From Pristiophorus japonicus (lineage: Eukaryota), in NCBI RefSeq assembly GCF_044704955.1, contig NC_091984.1:193998001-194062000 (forward strand): DNA of 64,000 nt. Reading direction: 5' to 3'. Below, one piece after another: positions 1 to 12,580 of this stretch (position 1 is the first letter of the stretch; each line of letters begins with the position of its first letter). The translations under genes and the position numbers were made by a program. The notes beneath the pieces were generated by a model that saw only the letters and a program-made list of their open reading frames with translations, was not told where the DNA came from and ran no database searches.

Positions 1-2480
1 CGTAAGTGAAAAATGAAATCAAGTCAGATTTGGATGATCTTATTGCATAACTGTAACTCCATAAATGAAGTCTAAAGAAAGACTCAGTCATCGTAAAACA
101 TTAACATTGGTGCGTAGCCCAGTGTCTCCTGCAAAGGAAATGATAGACTGTTCAACGTTTACTTTGTGCAGGAATGTAGCTGCTGGTGTGGTTTAAGTTC
201 AAAGTCCATGAAGATGTCTTTCTTATAAGTAAGCATAATGTAGCAGAGATCAACTAATGTTATTCACCTCACACTTGTATTTTGTTCATTCCATTTGGAT
301 CAGATTTTGTAGTCCAAATTCATTACTATCCAATAATCATTTATTTACCCACCTGCAATAAATCATTTGCGACTGAGGGAAATGCACTCTTGAGTGTTCT
401 TTATTAAATAAACAGTTCCTATCCAATATGTGTCCGGTCACAAAATAGCACTCTCCTCGGTTACAAGTCAAAGCAGTGCATGTTTATGTATGGGCGAGCA
501 TGCATATATTGTGTATGTATACATTTTTCTATACAAGTATTGGTACTCACATGTATTTATGTATGTATCTGGTTACATACAGATTCCTACATTTGATGTT
601 TTCATTTGTATTTATCCTGAGGGAAAACTAATAAACTCATGAAAAAACATACATTTCTAAATTAAATTTCTAAATTTAGGTGACCGTCAAATGGACTCAA
701 TTTTTTAAAGATGGTGAATTGAAAAGAGCTACTGTCCTTTAGAGTGGAGTAGACCATAGGTTTTTAATTAAAATACAGTTCATGTATTTCAGTGAAAATT
801 ATAAATCAGCTTTGTAACTTATGGATGATATGACTGGGAGAAAAGCTGTAATTTTATAGAGATAACCTCATTGTGATAAATGTTAAATAATTCACTCAGC
901 CTTGAGATTTGATTATTGATAACTTTGATCAACAGACTGCTTTCCTTCAACTTTGCTAAATAATGATTAATAATGAATCGGAACATGAAATACAGTATTA
1001 CTCTATGGAAGGGTAATCAATTAATATAATCAATGTTCTGTTTTTGTAATCTTAAGAAAAACAAAAAGTTGATGGGAGTGACATTTTCCACAATAGCAGA
1101 ATATTGGTTTCACAATTAAAAATGGTAAAGAATGGAAAATGTAATGGCCTGACCTATGAACTTCTGCCATTTGATGTCTTCCTGTACTTAGCAATATTCA
1201 GGATAAACGATGTTTGGCAAAGGCCAGTTTGTATTAATGCTAAACATAGCACACAATGCTGCACACTGATGTTGGCTGAACTCAGCACATTAAAAGGGGT
1301 GGGATAGGAAGGACCTTGTCGGCAAAGTGATAGAAAAGTGTATTTTTACTGCAGTGGCAGGGATTCACTTCCTCCTGTCTCCAAGACGGCACTTAAAAAA
1401 ACATTTTGACATTAGCAGCTAAAGAGGAATGGAAGAAAGCCAGTGATGGGCTTGTTCGGACCATGCGATTGCTAGAGCAGATAGAAAGGCCTGCAGGCAC
1501 AAGAGTCCTGCTGGGCAAACTTTCCATGACCCTTTGTAATAGAAACTGCAAAGTATTTTTAGAGAAGTGAAACAGAGTTGTTGCAAATTGTTAAATGTTT
1601 TGGCTCAAACAAACAGGATCAAAGGAGTAGCTTTTCAAACAAACTATTTAAAAGATATCTATACATCAACATTTACACTTCACCCACCATTGTTTTTACT
1701 TTAACCTGATCTTCCTTTATTTTTTGTTTACATTTTTTGAAGAGATTTTCAATTTGTAAAATATTTTGCATTCAAGAATATTGAAGAAACAATTGTAATT
1801 CTTTGCAGCTATTGCTCTATGCTTTTCCTTTTGGACTTTTTGTTCAGTCTACTTGTCCATTTTTGCCTATGAGTAGTGTTCTTGACTAATGTAGGTTTCT
1901 TCATTTCAACGCTGCCCCAGTAACAGCAAGAATGGATCTTTGTAGACCATGTCATCGCTTGTTTGAACATTATTTTTTTTTTTCTTTTTGACTTCCAGAT
2001 GGGAAAAACAAGATCAGCACCAGCCTTCAGCAAGTTGATGACTGCTTGGGTGGGCTTCTGGGAGCTGGTGTGTAGGTGCTTTTGGAGGCAGAGTAGGCTG
2101 GCTTTCTTCCAGTCGCCTTACTCGGCATCAAACACCATTTCTGACGCCAAGGCATTCTCCATCACCCGAGGCATCCAACCAAACCTGGAATAGCCATCGT
2201 CCCAGATGGAAACTCTCAGCCCATCTCCTGCTATGGAGGTATTCAGGCTATGGGTCAGACCTCCCACCACTAGAGTGAAGGGGACAATAGTTTGCTATCC
2301 GTGCATATGTAGAGCCTCAAGTGGACGGAAGTGAGTGCATATCCACAACAGGATAATGAATGAGAAACACCACATGCTGTGAACACATGAAGATGCTTGA
2401 TGAGGAGAAAATGCAAGTTTTGCACATTAAAGGCAAGTGTCATTTCCCTTCAAAGATTACATTCTAAATGACATCCCATT

Positions 2481-3167
2481 CTTGAATTTATATAGCACCC
2501 TTCACGACCACCAAATGTCTCAAAGTGCTTTACAGCCAATGAATTACTTTTGGAGTGTAGTCACTGTTGTAATGCAGGAGACCACAGCAGCCAATTTCCC
2601 ACAAACAGCAATGTGATAATTGTTATGTATATAATGTACTTATGAATGACTCCACGAGGCAATGTGTTGTACTCAAACTATAGTAACCTTGGTCCTTTAT
2701 TCGTAACTCCAGAGTGAGGCAGCCGAATGGTGGCTACCCTTTTATATAGCCCCTGCCACCAGTGGCAGGAAACACCGGTCTCCACCAGTTGCACCCTCTA
2801 GTGGTGCCAGCATAGTATATACACAGTGTAAACCTTATTGATTGTATTATCAGGTAAACAAGTATCCATCTTATGCAACTATACAGTGAATACACAGAGA
2901 GTATATCTATAGTCTGCATATGTAACAATAATGACCAGATAATCTGTTCTTGTTATGTTGATTGAGGGATAAATATTGACCAGGTCAGTGGGGATAACTT
3001 CAAAATAGTGCCATGGGATCTATAATGTCCACCTGAGTGAGCAGACGGGACCTCGGTTTAACATCTCAACTGAAAGACAACACCTCTGACAGTGTAGCAC
3101 TGCACTGGGGTGTCAGCCTAGATTTTTGACTCAGAGGCAAGTGGGCTACCCACTGAGCCACAGCTGA
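2481..3167 (-). mobile_element. Deu-domain tRNA-derived SINE (SacSINE1-like), split by a solo LTR
   Basis: Same body as 7963-8415 (aatgtgataatgaccagataatctg...gccatgggatc...ggtttaac). The tRNA-like head reads tggctcagtgggtagc on the minus strand near 3150. The body rejoins across 2621-2927. Confidence 0.75.
2621..2927 (-). mobile_element. Solo LTR (Gypsy-type)
   Basis: TGTTA...TAACA termini and a perfect 5-bp TSD ATAAT (2616-2620, 2928-2932). TATATAAA and AATAAA are present on the minus strand. Confidence 0.85.
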
Positions 3168-3749
3168 TCTCTGTGCTAAGAAGATATAATATGTGAGACT
3201 TACAAACTGCAAGTAATAGAAATCCATTGTCTTTAAAACAGCTAGTTATTGGCAATATATTTGAGTCTTATTTTACTCTCCGCTTTCTGGTTAAACTAGC
3301 CATGATTCAAGTCCCATGTTTGTGTTACACATTCTAGTTGCCACATTCCTGACCTGCCTATGTTTTCTCTGTCACCTACACCTCCCATCAACATTTCTTA
3401 GTTCTAAAAAGCTCTTTCCTACATTTTGCAAACTACATTTTGAAGAACTTCAGTTTTATTTTATAGACTCCTGGAAACATCCCTGGTCTGGAACTGACCC
3501 AGTTATTCTTTGGAGAGACAGTTTATATCTGTTCCTATGGATGTTAAATCTGGATCCACCCTGCGAATCCCTCCCCCACCTTCAGTTTACCTTGTTTACC
3601 TGCTTGCGAGTGGATTCCTGGTTCTTGGAACTTCTCGTACAACAGCTGCTGGTGCGGAACCACGTGCAAAAATAATCAACTACAGGGGACCCAATCTCTA
3701 TAAGGTAAATGCAATAACATCTGCAGACCTCACATGATGAGATGTCATG

Positions 3750-5180
3750 AGAGAGGGTGCAGACAAGATTTATGAGAATGATTCCAGGGATGAGGGACTT
3801 CAGTTATGTGGACAGACTGGAGAAGCTGGAGTTGTTCTCCTTTGAGTAGAGAAAGTTGAGAGGAAATTTGATAGAGGTGTTCAAAATCATGAGGAGTCTA
3901 GACAGAGTAGATAGAGAGAAACTCAGTACTAGGTCCCTTGTTTTTGCGATATACATCGATGATCTAGACTTGAATATAGGGGGTATGATTAAGAAGTTTG
4001 CAGATGATACTATCGGCTGTGTGATTGATAATGAAGAAGAAAGCTGCAGACTGCAGGAAGATATCAATCAACTGGTCAGATGGGCAGAACAGTGGCAAAT
4101 GGAATTTAATCCAGAGAAGTGTGAGGTAATGCATTTTGGGAGGTCTAACAAGGAAAGGGAATACACATTAAATGGTAGGATACTGAGAAGTGTAGAGGAA
4201 CAAAGGGACCTGGGAGTGCATGCCCACAGATCCCTGAAAGTAGCAGGCCCGGTAGATAAGGTAGTTAAGAAGGCATGTGGAATGCTTGCCTTTATTAGCC
4301 GAGGCATAGAATACAAGAGCAGGGAGGTTATACTTGAACTGTATAAAACACTGGTTAGGCCACAGCTGGAGTACTGCGTGCAGTTCTGGTCACTGCATTA
4401 CAGGAAGGACGAGATTGCACTGGAGAGGATACAGAGGAGATTTATGAGGATGTTGCTGGAGAATCTGGAGGGAGTGGAGAATCTAAGCTATGAGGACAGA
4501 TTAGATAGGCTGGATTTGCTTTCATTGGAACAGAGGAGGCTGAAGGGAGACCTCATTGAGGTGTATAAAATTATGAGGGGCCTAGATATAGTGGATAGTG
4601 GATAGAAAGGGCCTATTTCCCTTAGCAGAGGGGCCAATAACCAGGGGGCATAAATTTAAAGTAATTGGTAGAAGATCTAGAGGGGATTTGAGGGGAAATT
4701 TCTTCACACAGAGGGCTGTGGAACTCACTGCCTGAAATGGTGGTAGAGGCAGAAACCCTCACCACATTTAAAATGTACTTGGATGTGCACCTGAAGTGCA
4801 TTACGGACCTAGAGCTGGAAAGTGGGATTAGGCTGGATAGCTTCTTGTTGGCCAGCACGGACAAAATGGGCCGAAATGGCCTCTTTCCATGCTGTAACCG
4901 TCTATGATTCTATGAAACGGTTCCCCTTGGCAGAGGGTTGAGAACCAGGGGACACAGATTCAATGTTAGTGATTAGGATTTGAAATGCACTGCCTGAAAA
5001 GGTGGTGGAGGCAGATTTTCAAAAGGGAATTGGAAAAGTACTTGAAGGAAAAAAAATTGCAGGGCTACGGGGAAAGAGCGAGGGAGTGGGACTAGCTGAA
5101 AAGCTCTTGCAGAGAGATGGCACAGGCTCAATGGGTCGAATGGCCTCCTTCTTTGCTGTAACCATTCTATGATTGTGATC
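3750..5180 (+). mobile_element. CR1 LINE 3' fragment containing a second, nested CR1 fragment (about 3922-4914)
   Basis: The ORF has CR1 RT motifs FADDT, WQMEFN..KCEV, RDLGV and LVRPQLEYCVQFW. The host copy breaks at gagaaact (about 3921) and resumes at gaaacggttcccc (about 4915), after the inner copy's tctatgattctat tail. Confidence 0.85.
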
Positions 5181-5245
5181 AATCTTCAAGGAATACCTTC
5201 AACCACATGTGGATACTCTACCAAGGACCAGAAATGAATCTTAGC

Positions 5246-5420
5246 TAATATTTATCCCTCAATCAACATAACAAAAAAACAGATTATCTGGACATTATCA
5301 CATTGCTGTTTGTGGAAGCTTGCTTGTGCGCAAATTGGCTGCCGCGTTTCCTATATTACAACAGTGACTACATTGGCTGTAAAGCGCTTTGAGACGTCCG
5401 GTGGTCATGAACGGTTGCTT
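5246..5420 (+). mobile_element. Deu-domain SINE 3' fragment
   Basis: Reverse complement of the 3' part of the SINE at 7963-8415. Confidence 0.7.
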
Positions 5421-5516
5421 CATTCCCTTCCCCTTTCCTTCCCCTCTCCTTCCCTCCCTTCCTTCCCTCTCTTCCTTCCTTCCTTCCTTCCTTCCCTCCT
5501 TCCCTTTCCTCCCTTT
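5421..5516. repeat. Polypyrimidine (CCTT)n-like microsatellite
   Basis: Direct reading: ccttccctccttccttcc... Confidence 0.9.
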
Positions 5517-5614
5517 CATAGAGACTTTTATCCACACAAATGGAGTCCCATCTCGCAGTCTGTGCCCAACTGAGGTGGTAAGCTGACAAAACTTAATAGA
5601 ATGACACCTAGGCA

Positions 5615-5820
5615 GAAGACTGCAAAACTTGAAAATCTAAAACATGAACAGAAAATATTGGAAACACTCAGCAGGTCAGTCAGCATCTGTGGAGAAAAGG
5701 GACGAGCTTCTGTTTTTGGGTGATGATCGAGGTTCCACACCTAAAATATAATCTGTTCTCCCCTCTGATGCCGACTGACCAGTTATTTTTTTCCAGCATT
5801 TTCTGTTTTATTTTGTTTTA
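5615..5820. repeat. Degenerate palindromic repeat, same family as 21162-21350 (probably Penelope-derived)
   Basis: Arms aacagaaaatattggaaacactcagcaggtcagtcagcatc and gatgccgactgacc...ttccagcattttctgtt. Confidence 0.6.
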
Positions 5821-6019
5821 AAGTATCACAGAGTGCCCCTTACGAATATTGCATCTGAAGTGACCCTTTTGATTTCCTGCTTCTGCAGCCTTTTGCAGCC
5901 CAAACTGTAAAATATATTCTATGCAGCTTAAAAAGTCCTCTAACGGTATCTATTTTAACCCTGTGTGTGCTGTGGTCGGCAATAATCCACTAAATAATCC
6001 AGTAAAGACCAAGAATGCC

Positions 6020-6562
6020 GCAAGATCCTACAAATCCCCTGGGAGGACAGGTGTCCCAACATCAGCGTCCTCGTCCAGGCCAACATCCCTAGCATTGAAG
6101 CACTGACCACACTCGATCAGCTCCGCTGGGCAGGCCACATAGTTCGAATGCTAGATACGAGGCTCCCAAAGCAAGTGCTCTGTGCAGAGCTCCTTCATGG
6201 CAAACGAGCCAAAGGTGGGCAGAGGAAACGTTACAAGGACACCCTCAAAGCCTCCCTGATAAAGTGCGACATCCCCACTGACACCTGAGAGTCCTTGGCC
6301 CAAGACCGCCCTAAGTGGAGAAAGTGCATCCAGGAGGGCGCTGAGCACTAAGAGTCTCAACGCCGAGAGCATGCAGAAATCAAGCACAGGCAGCGGAAAG
6401 AGTGTGCGGCAAACCAGTCCCACCCACCCCTTCCCTCAACGACTATCTGTCCCACCTGTGACAGAGTCTGTGGCTCTCATATTGGACTGTTCAGCTACCA
6501 AAGAATTCACTTCAGGAGTGGAAGCAAGTCTTCCTCGATTCTGAGGGACTGCCTATGGTGAT
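6020..6562 (+). mobile_element. RTE-clade LINE 3' fragment
   Basis: Translates to QLRWAGHIVRM..TRLPKQVL...GGQRKRYKDTLKASL, a typical RTE C-terminus. Homologous to 41355-41768. Confidence 0.8.
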
Positions 6563-7699
6563 TAGGCATATAAAGTGATATCACCTGTGTAAGTATGCGT
6601 GAGAACATTTGCCAAAAGAAGATAGAATAGGGTGTTTGGAAGGAGCTAAGTAGCTATGAGTATGAAGGTAGATTGAAGGAATAAAATGGAAGTAAGTAGT
6701 GAAATAAAATGATGACCATTTTCCTGAGAATGCACATTATCCCCATGGATATTAACTATTTTGCCAAGTAAGGTGACATATTGTCACAGAATTTGTTATG
6801 TTTGATGACATTTAGTGGGGGGGGCGGTTTCTGGAAAAGCATCTCTGCAGCTCTGAATATAATCCAGTTCTGTAATGATGATGTGCGCAGTCCAAGGTCC
6901 CTTTGTCCACCCAGAGAACACACCAATGTGAATCACTTAAGTGGATTAATGGTAACCTTGTATTGTGCAAACCAGCTTCAGCATTTTTAATAAAGGATAC
7001 AGCTGTTTGTTTAGGCATCAAGTAAGGAAGCTACAAATCATTGAATTGAGCTAAATATAAATATGATTTTTTTTAACCTTGTTGCAGCTTTGAAAAACCA
7101 AACTTGGTTTTAGTCAGTAAAATTTGTCTCTTGCGATGGAGTTTTTTTCCTTCTATTTTCTATAGCAACTAGAAAAGAACAGTTGATCTCAGTCAAACCC
7201 CACTGTAATCTTTCTGACGCAAGGGTTGTATCCACATTTCTGTCAGCAGATTGTGCACAGTTCCTTGGCTTGCCCCATCTTTTATATGGTGCCTGCCTAG
7301 AAAAGTTGTAACTGGAGAGGGTTCAAAAGAAGAATTGTTGTGGAAAATGAAGAAAATGCCTCAGCAGCTTTTCATGTGTTTCAGATTGAGGAGAACTAAT
7401 AGCTATAAAATCAGATTGTTATTAAAGGGAATGTTTACTTCAATGTAATAGGCAGTCATTGTGTGGCAAAATGGAATGTTCCCTGTGCTCGAACCCTGCT
7501 TCAACCCTTCGATGGCTGCAACTGAAGTTGAAATCTCACCATGTGGTGATTGTCAGACGCAGGACAGATCCTCTCCAGCTCGTGATGCCGTGTGTGCTAA
7601 CCTGCTGTATCGCTATTCTTGTATAACAGTTTCAATGCGCTAAAGATAATTGGCTTAAGAAACTAGCCTGTCAGAGTTTTTATTTTACTCAGGACTTAT

Positions 7700-8525
7700 C
7701 TGATGGCTCAGTAAGTTTACCCATTAAACAGCCAATTAGTCCTGACTTAGTAGGCCTCAGCTGTGGTAGAGTAGGAGAATTGCATTTTGCCTCAGCACCC
7801 TTGGTCTCGGCAAGAGAAGATAAACCAGGGCAGCCATGCCTAATCATTATTCAGTGACCACACATATATGGATGTCAGGTAATAATAGACATGGCTATGA
7901 TGCCACCATGATCAAATAGCCTGCTTATACTCACTGTCAAGGGTCACAATTGAGTAAAAGGAAAAAGAAAGACTTGCATTTATCTAGCACCTTTCACAAC
8001 CACCGGGCGCCCCAAAGGTCTTTACACCCAATGAAGCACTTTTTTGAAGTGTGGTAACTGTTGTAGGAAACGTGGCAGCTAATTTGCACTCAGCAAGCTC
8101 CCACAAATAGCAATGTGATAATGATCAGATAATCTGTTTTAGTGATGTTGATTGAAGGATACATATTGGTCAAGACACTGGGGATAACTCCCCTGCTCCT
8201 CTTTGAAATAATGCCATGGGATCTTTTACGTCCACCTGAGAGAGCAGACTGGGCCTCGGTTTAATGTCTCATCCAAAAGACAGCACCTCCTACAGTGCGG
8301 CACTCCGTCAGCACTGCACTGGGGTATCAGCTTAGATTTTTATGCTCCAGTCTCTGAACCCACAACTTTCTGACTCAGAGGCAAGAGTGCTACACACTGA
8401 GCCATTGGCTGACACACATCTACAGCCACTTGTGTATGGTGCTGGAGAGTGTCTGGTAATTATGGAACTGTACTACAGCAAGGAATTAATGTCTTCCAAA
8501 TAAGAAGAGAGGAAAAACTGGAAAA
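7700..8525 (+). mobile_element. Old SINE-like repeat (LF-SINE-like) interrupted by the Deu SINE at 7963-8415
   Basis: Loose similarity to the inverted copies at 9985-10270 and 43665-43830. The family name is from memory and unverified. Confidence 0.35.
7963..8415 (-). mobile_element. Near full-length Deu-domain SINE (SacSINE1-like)
   Basis: The minus strand shows a tRNA-like head (tggctcagtgtgtagcactcttgcctctgagtcaga...gggttc), a Deu core (ggtgctgtcttttggatgagacattaaaccgagg) and an L2-like tail (aaaggtgctagataaatgcaagtctttc). Confidence 0.8.
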
Positions 8526-8548
8526 AAGATATTCATTTTGTATTATGG

Positions 8549-8937
8549 ATAGAACCATTGAATCTCACACCACAGAAGGAGACCATTCAGCTCATCTTGT
8601 TTGAGCCCACTCTAAAAGAGCTATCCAATTAGTTCCACTCCCCTGCAGTGCATTCTAGATTATAACAACTCGCTGCGTGAAAAAAAATCTCCTCATCTCG
8701 CTTCTAGTTCATTTGCCAGTTACATTAACCTGTCTCCTCTGGTTACCGACCCTTCTGCCACCGGAAACAATTTCTCCTTATTTACTCTATCAAAACCCTC
8801 CATGATTTTGATCTCCCCTTAACCGTCTCTGCTCTACGAAAAGCAACCCCAGCTTCTCTCGTCTCTCCAGATAACTGAAGTCCCTCATCTCTGGTATCAT
8901 TCTCGTAATTCTCCTCTGCACCCTCTCCAAGGCCTTG
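8549..8937 (-). mobile_element. Degraded CR1 3' fragment
   Basis: Reverse-complement similarity to 3750-3920 and 4915-5180. Confidence 0.7.
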
Positions 8938-8964
8938 TTTAAAAAAATATATGCTTAGCTTCCA

Positions 8965-9273
8965 GTGGGGTCAAGAACATGGGGTCAGAGTTACAAAATT
9001 AAATGTAAGCGATTTAGAATACCGAGCAGGAGAAGCTTCTTCACATGGAGAATTGTGAGGCTGTGGAATTCACTTTCAGATTTAGCGGTTGAGGCAGAAA
9101 TTATGTCAGCAGTCAAGATTAGGTTGGATAGGTGAATGAAGAAAAAGGGATTGAAGGAATATGGGAACAGCGTGGGTAAATGTGATTAGAACTATTTGGA
9201 GGAGGGTAAAAGCCAACATGGTTTGGTTGGGCCAAATGTCCTTTTTCTATGTTGTAACTTTGATGCAATTCTA
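8965..9273 (+). mobile_element. Old CR1 3' fragment
   Basis: The CR1 terminal motif ttcttcaca..gagaattgtgaggctgtggaattcact is followed by a ttctat tail. Confidence 0.65.
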
Positions 9274-9274
9274 T

Positions 9275-9881
9275 GGGTTCGAATTTGATGGACTCACCGC
9301 CAACTGCTGCCAACTGCCGTCCACTGCCACCGACATTCCTCCTCGGGTTCCGCCCAGTGCCACTTTCGATTTGGGCTGGCGCGGGCGGGAGGGGAGAACC
9401 GGCGGGAACCGACCACTGACGTTAGCGATGGCCAAGTGGCGTAAGTGGACTCCTGCCCGCCGAGATGCTGTATTCCTGCAGGCAAGAGTCAGTGCCAGAA
9501 CGGGGGTAGACCGCTGTGAGGAGGCTGGTCTGTCCCTGACGGTAGGTCTGAAGAGCTGGAAAAAAAAGGTGAGTAAACATTTTTTCTTTTTTTCTTTACA
9601 GGGACTTACCTGTATGGGGTCCCTGAAGGTCTGCTTTTTCTTTGCAGATCTTCAAGCCTCCGTGGGCCCGACTTCGTCCTCGGTGGCACTTGGGCGGCAA
9701 ACGCCTTTGCTGCTGAGAATGAGAGCTCGCGCCCAGATTGGTGGCGTAAGTCCCTCATTTGTCGCCCGCCGACCTTCGAGGGACCTTGTTGATGAAATCC
9801 CCGCCCAAAGTACCATCAGGTACCTCGGCGGTCCTTTGGACCACACTTGGGAAGGCGAGGGCTTTCATCAAATTCAGGCCC
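9275..9881. mobile_element. Non-autonomous DNA transposon (Harbinger-type MITE)
   Basis: Imperfect TIRs gggttcgaatttgatg and catcaaattcaggccc around a GC-rich interior. The TSD is not clean. Confidence 0.6.
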
Positions 9882-9984
9882 TTAAGAGTTTTCACTTCCT
9901 TGGAAGTCAAGGGATATTTCACTAGCTCTATCAGTCAGATATCTGCTGCTTCTATGTTGTTCTGCTAAGTGTGTTTGTGGCTCC

Positions 9985-10270
9985 ATTTTTCATCGTTGCT
10001 AATTTCCTCCCCTCTCAAAGGGCTTTGGCTGCTGCCTGGGGCGCAGGTCCATGGGCACGAGACATCCTCCACTACCATGAGCCTTGATTGTGAATATTGG
10101 TAGGACGTTGAACTGTAGGGAGCATCACAGCAAATCCTGATCCTGACATTGTCCGATGTGCACACTAGACAGCAAACAGGAGAGGATAATTTGACTGATT
10201 TTCCCCTCTCTGACCCGAGAGGCACTGAGTTTAACGCTCAAGCTGATGTGGTATTATATCGGTGGCATCG
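9985..10270 (-). mobile_element. Old SINE-like repeat (LF-SINE-like)
   Basis: Loose inverted similarity to 7700-7955 and 8416-8525. Confidence 0.35.
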
Positions 10271-12580
10271 CAGAGAAGCAGGCGCATTTTCACAGTATAA
10301 TTTTAAATTTGCAGAATATTCATTTACTTTGCCTTAAATACTTCGGTTTACCTTCTTCCTGAATGTTTTTCTCCCTCGGTCTTCAGAATTTACTTGTATT
10401 TTCACACTTTGCTGAGCAACAGTAACGTTTCAGGAAATTCTGCTTGATGTTAAATTGATGATGAAAGGAGGGCAAAGGTAAAGGACATTTATTGAAACAA
10501 GTTCAAAGTAACTTCAAATGTGATATTTTGCAAGATTTGTGTGTGCGGAACTTAAGGTTGCTGTCCATTACTGGTTATCTCAGGTTTTCCCATGAATAGT
10601 TATGCACAGAAGTGGTCAATGGTTTACAAAATAAAAAGTCTGATTACTCTTCTGTTCTTTTTGTCTTCTTCATAATGCAAGCAGGGGAATATGCAGATAA
10701 AAGGAAATTGCACGTGCGTTAGCTTTGAATTGACGTGGGCTCGGGTACATTTCGACTTGTTTGACTTCTATGAAGAATTATGAGGTGTAAGTATTTATTT
10801 CTAGAGTTGACTTTGAACGGCGAACATTCAGATACAGCAATGGGGAAACTGCAAAACAGTTCACTGCGAATATCAATGCAAAGTTGCGAATAAAATACGC
10901 TGAAGTTATTAAAATGTGAAGTGATTGTGCAAAGGAAATTTATTTTCAAAAATTATTTTGAATAACTTAACCCAAATGGAACCTCCTGGAAGTGCTCCTG
11001 CATTTAATAAACACGTTGACACTCTAGCTTCCCTCATTAAGTGATTGCAACCCCAAGATCCCATAAATCATGGCCCAGGTTATCAGCACCTCTGATCTTA
11101 ACTGTACTAGGGCGCCCAACTGTCTACAATAAAGAACTTGAAACAGCAGGCCATAAAGGATTAACTCACTGCAACAATTTATTTTTCGTAAAAGATGCCA
11201 AGCTTTTGCTTCAAACTGCAATTAAAGGTCTCATAAGGTGAGCAAACAGTTCACCTTCTTCGAGATTAAAATGATTTAATGATTGCGAAGGGAATTTGGA
11301 ACATTTTGGAGCTTAAATGTTTTGCCTACATTGTTAAAAATGTTACTAGCGACTGATTTTTTTTAAACAAGGGATGCCGACCTGGTCTGCAGATCAAAGA
11401 ATAGCAGCATGTTGAGTGACCTAACATCAGATACGCCTCTGAGGAAATAAAAAAATATGCTTGGCTCCATGGAAACACCACTGTACTATGTTTAAAGCCT
11501 TACAAACTATGAAAAAAATGATTCAACAATATATTACGACTATATAGAACTGAATTTCTAAGTAGGAATGATTGCCTGCTTCAAACCAATAGCATTATAC
11601 AGCTAAATTTATGGACGGTCGAAAGAATCAGTCTTATTAAATGTATTTCGGATGTTTAATCAAGTGGGCTTATAAGCTACAAAAGTTTTCAGTCAGTTAA
11701 TCATGAGATAATAAATGTTTGGGAAAATTAATAATTGCAGTTTTCCTGACATTCCTGACTCTTATTCTAAATGATATAATCTTCAAAGGCCATATGCTAG
11801 AGAAATGCGAGCTATCTTACAGCTCTGTTTTAAAAAAAATTTTTTTTTAAATTGTAGCTTTATTACAAAATTAAAATAATCATCACTTTGTTCTACGTTA
11901 TGATTGTTTACATTGTGGTTCATTTCACTCACAATGTCCCAAATCTTTGATTTAATGCGAGTGTGCTCCTAGGAAGGAGAGTGCACTCTATATCAGGCCA
12001 AAAGAAACAATACCTGTGTGGATTTTTCAGCAGACTCTTAAATATTGTAATTGGTTTCCGAGCACGTCAGACACCCAAATGAACAAAAAAAAGACATTAA
12101 CTGCCTTGAAGTGTTTCAAGTACCACAGTCAATTTAGAGGGGACCTCGAAGAGGCAGTAAGTAGATTTTCTTAGATTTAGATTTTACTTTTACTGGGATT
12201 TGAGGGGAAGAGTCCAGGGAGGTAATTCCTAAGATTCAGCAAGACTAGTGAAGACATTTTGCAGCTATGGAGAGGGTGCAAAGTCTGGCAATATCGGGGT
12301 TTGCTGGGATCTATCAGCATTGAGAGGAGTGGCTAGAAGGATAGGACCCAAACTGCCATTGGCCCCTTACAAAGCATCTTGGTTTGTTCTTGACTCTCAG
12401 CCTCCTGCCCCTGACCTGCCTGCAGCCCCCTTTCCTGCCCTTGGGTAGCCATTTTCTTCATCATCAGCCAGTTCCTGTCTTTATGATCCTGCCTTGAAGC
12501 ATTTCAACATAATGTTTCTGTTTAAGATTTACTGATGGAAAATAATGCTTTGCGAGCATGCAATTTCTTGATTTCCATTC

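Noticed and set aside
3856-4605. 249-aa ORF as a single gene
   Set aside because: It is an in-frame junction of two nested CR1 fragments with motifs out of order.
5298-5589. ORFs over the (CCTT)n tract
   Set aside because: Microsatellite artefacts.
8340-8415. tRNA gene
   Set aside because: The A/B-box-like sequence is the head of a SINE and is contiguous with the Deu body. I see no complete cloverleaf.
9161-9925. 254-aa ORF
   Set aside because: It runs across a CR1 tail and a GC-rich MITE with no recognisable domain, so it is a chance open frame.
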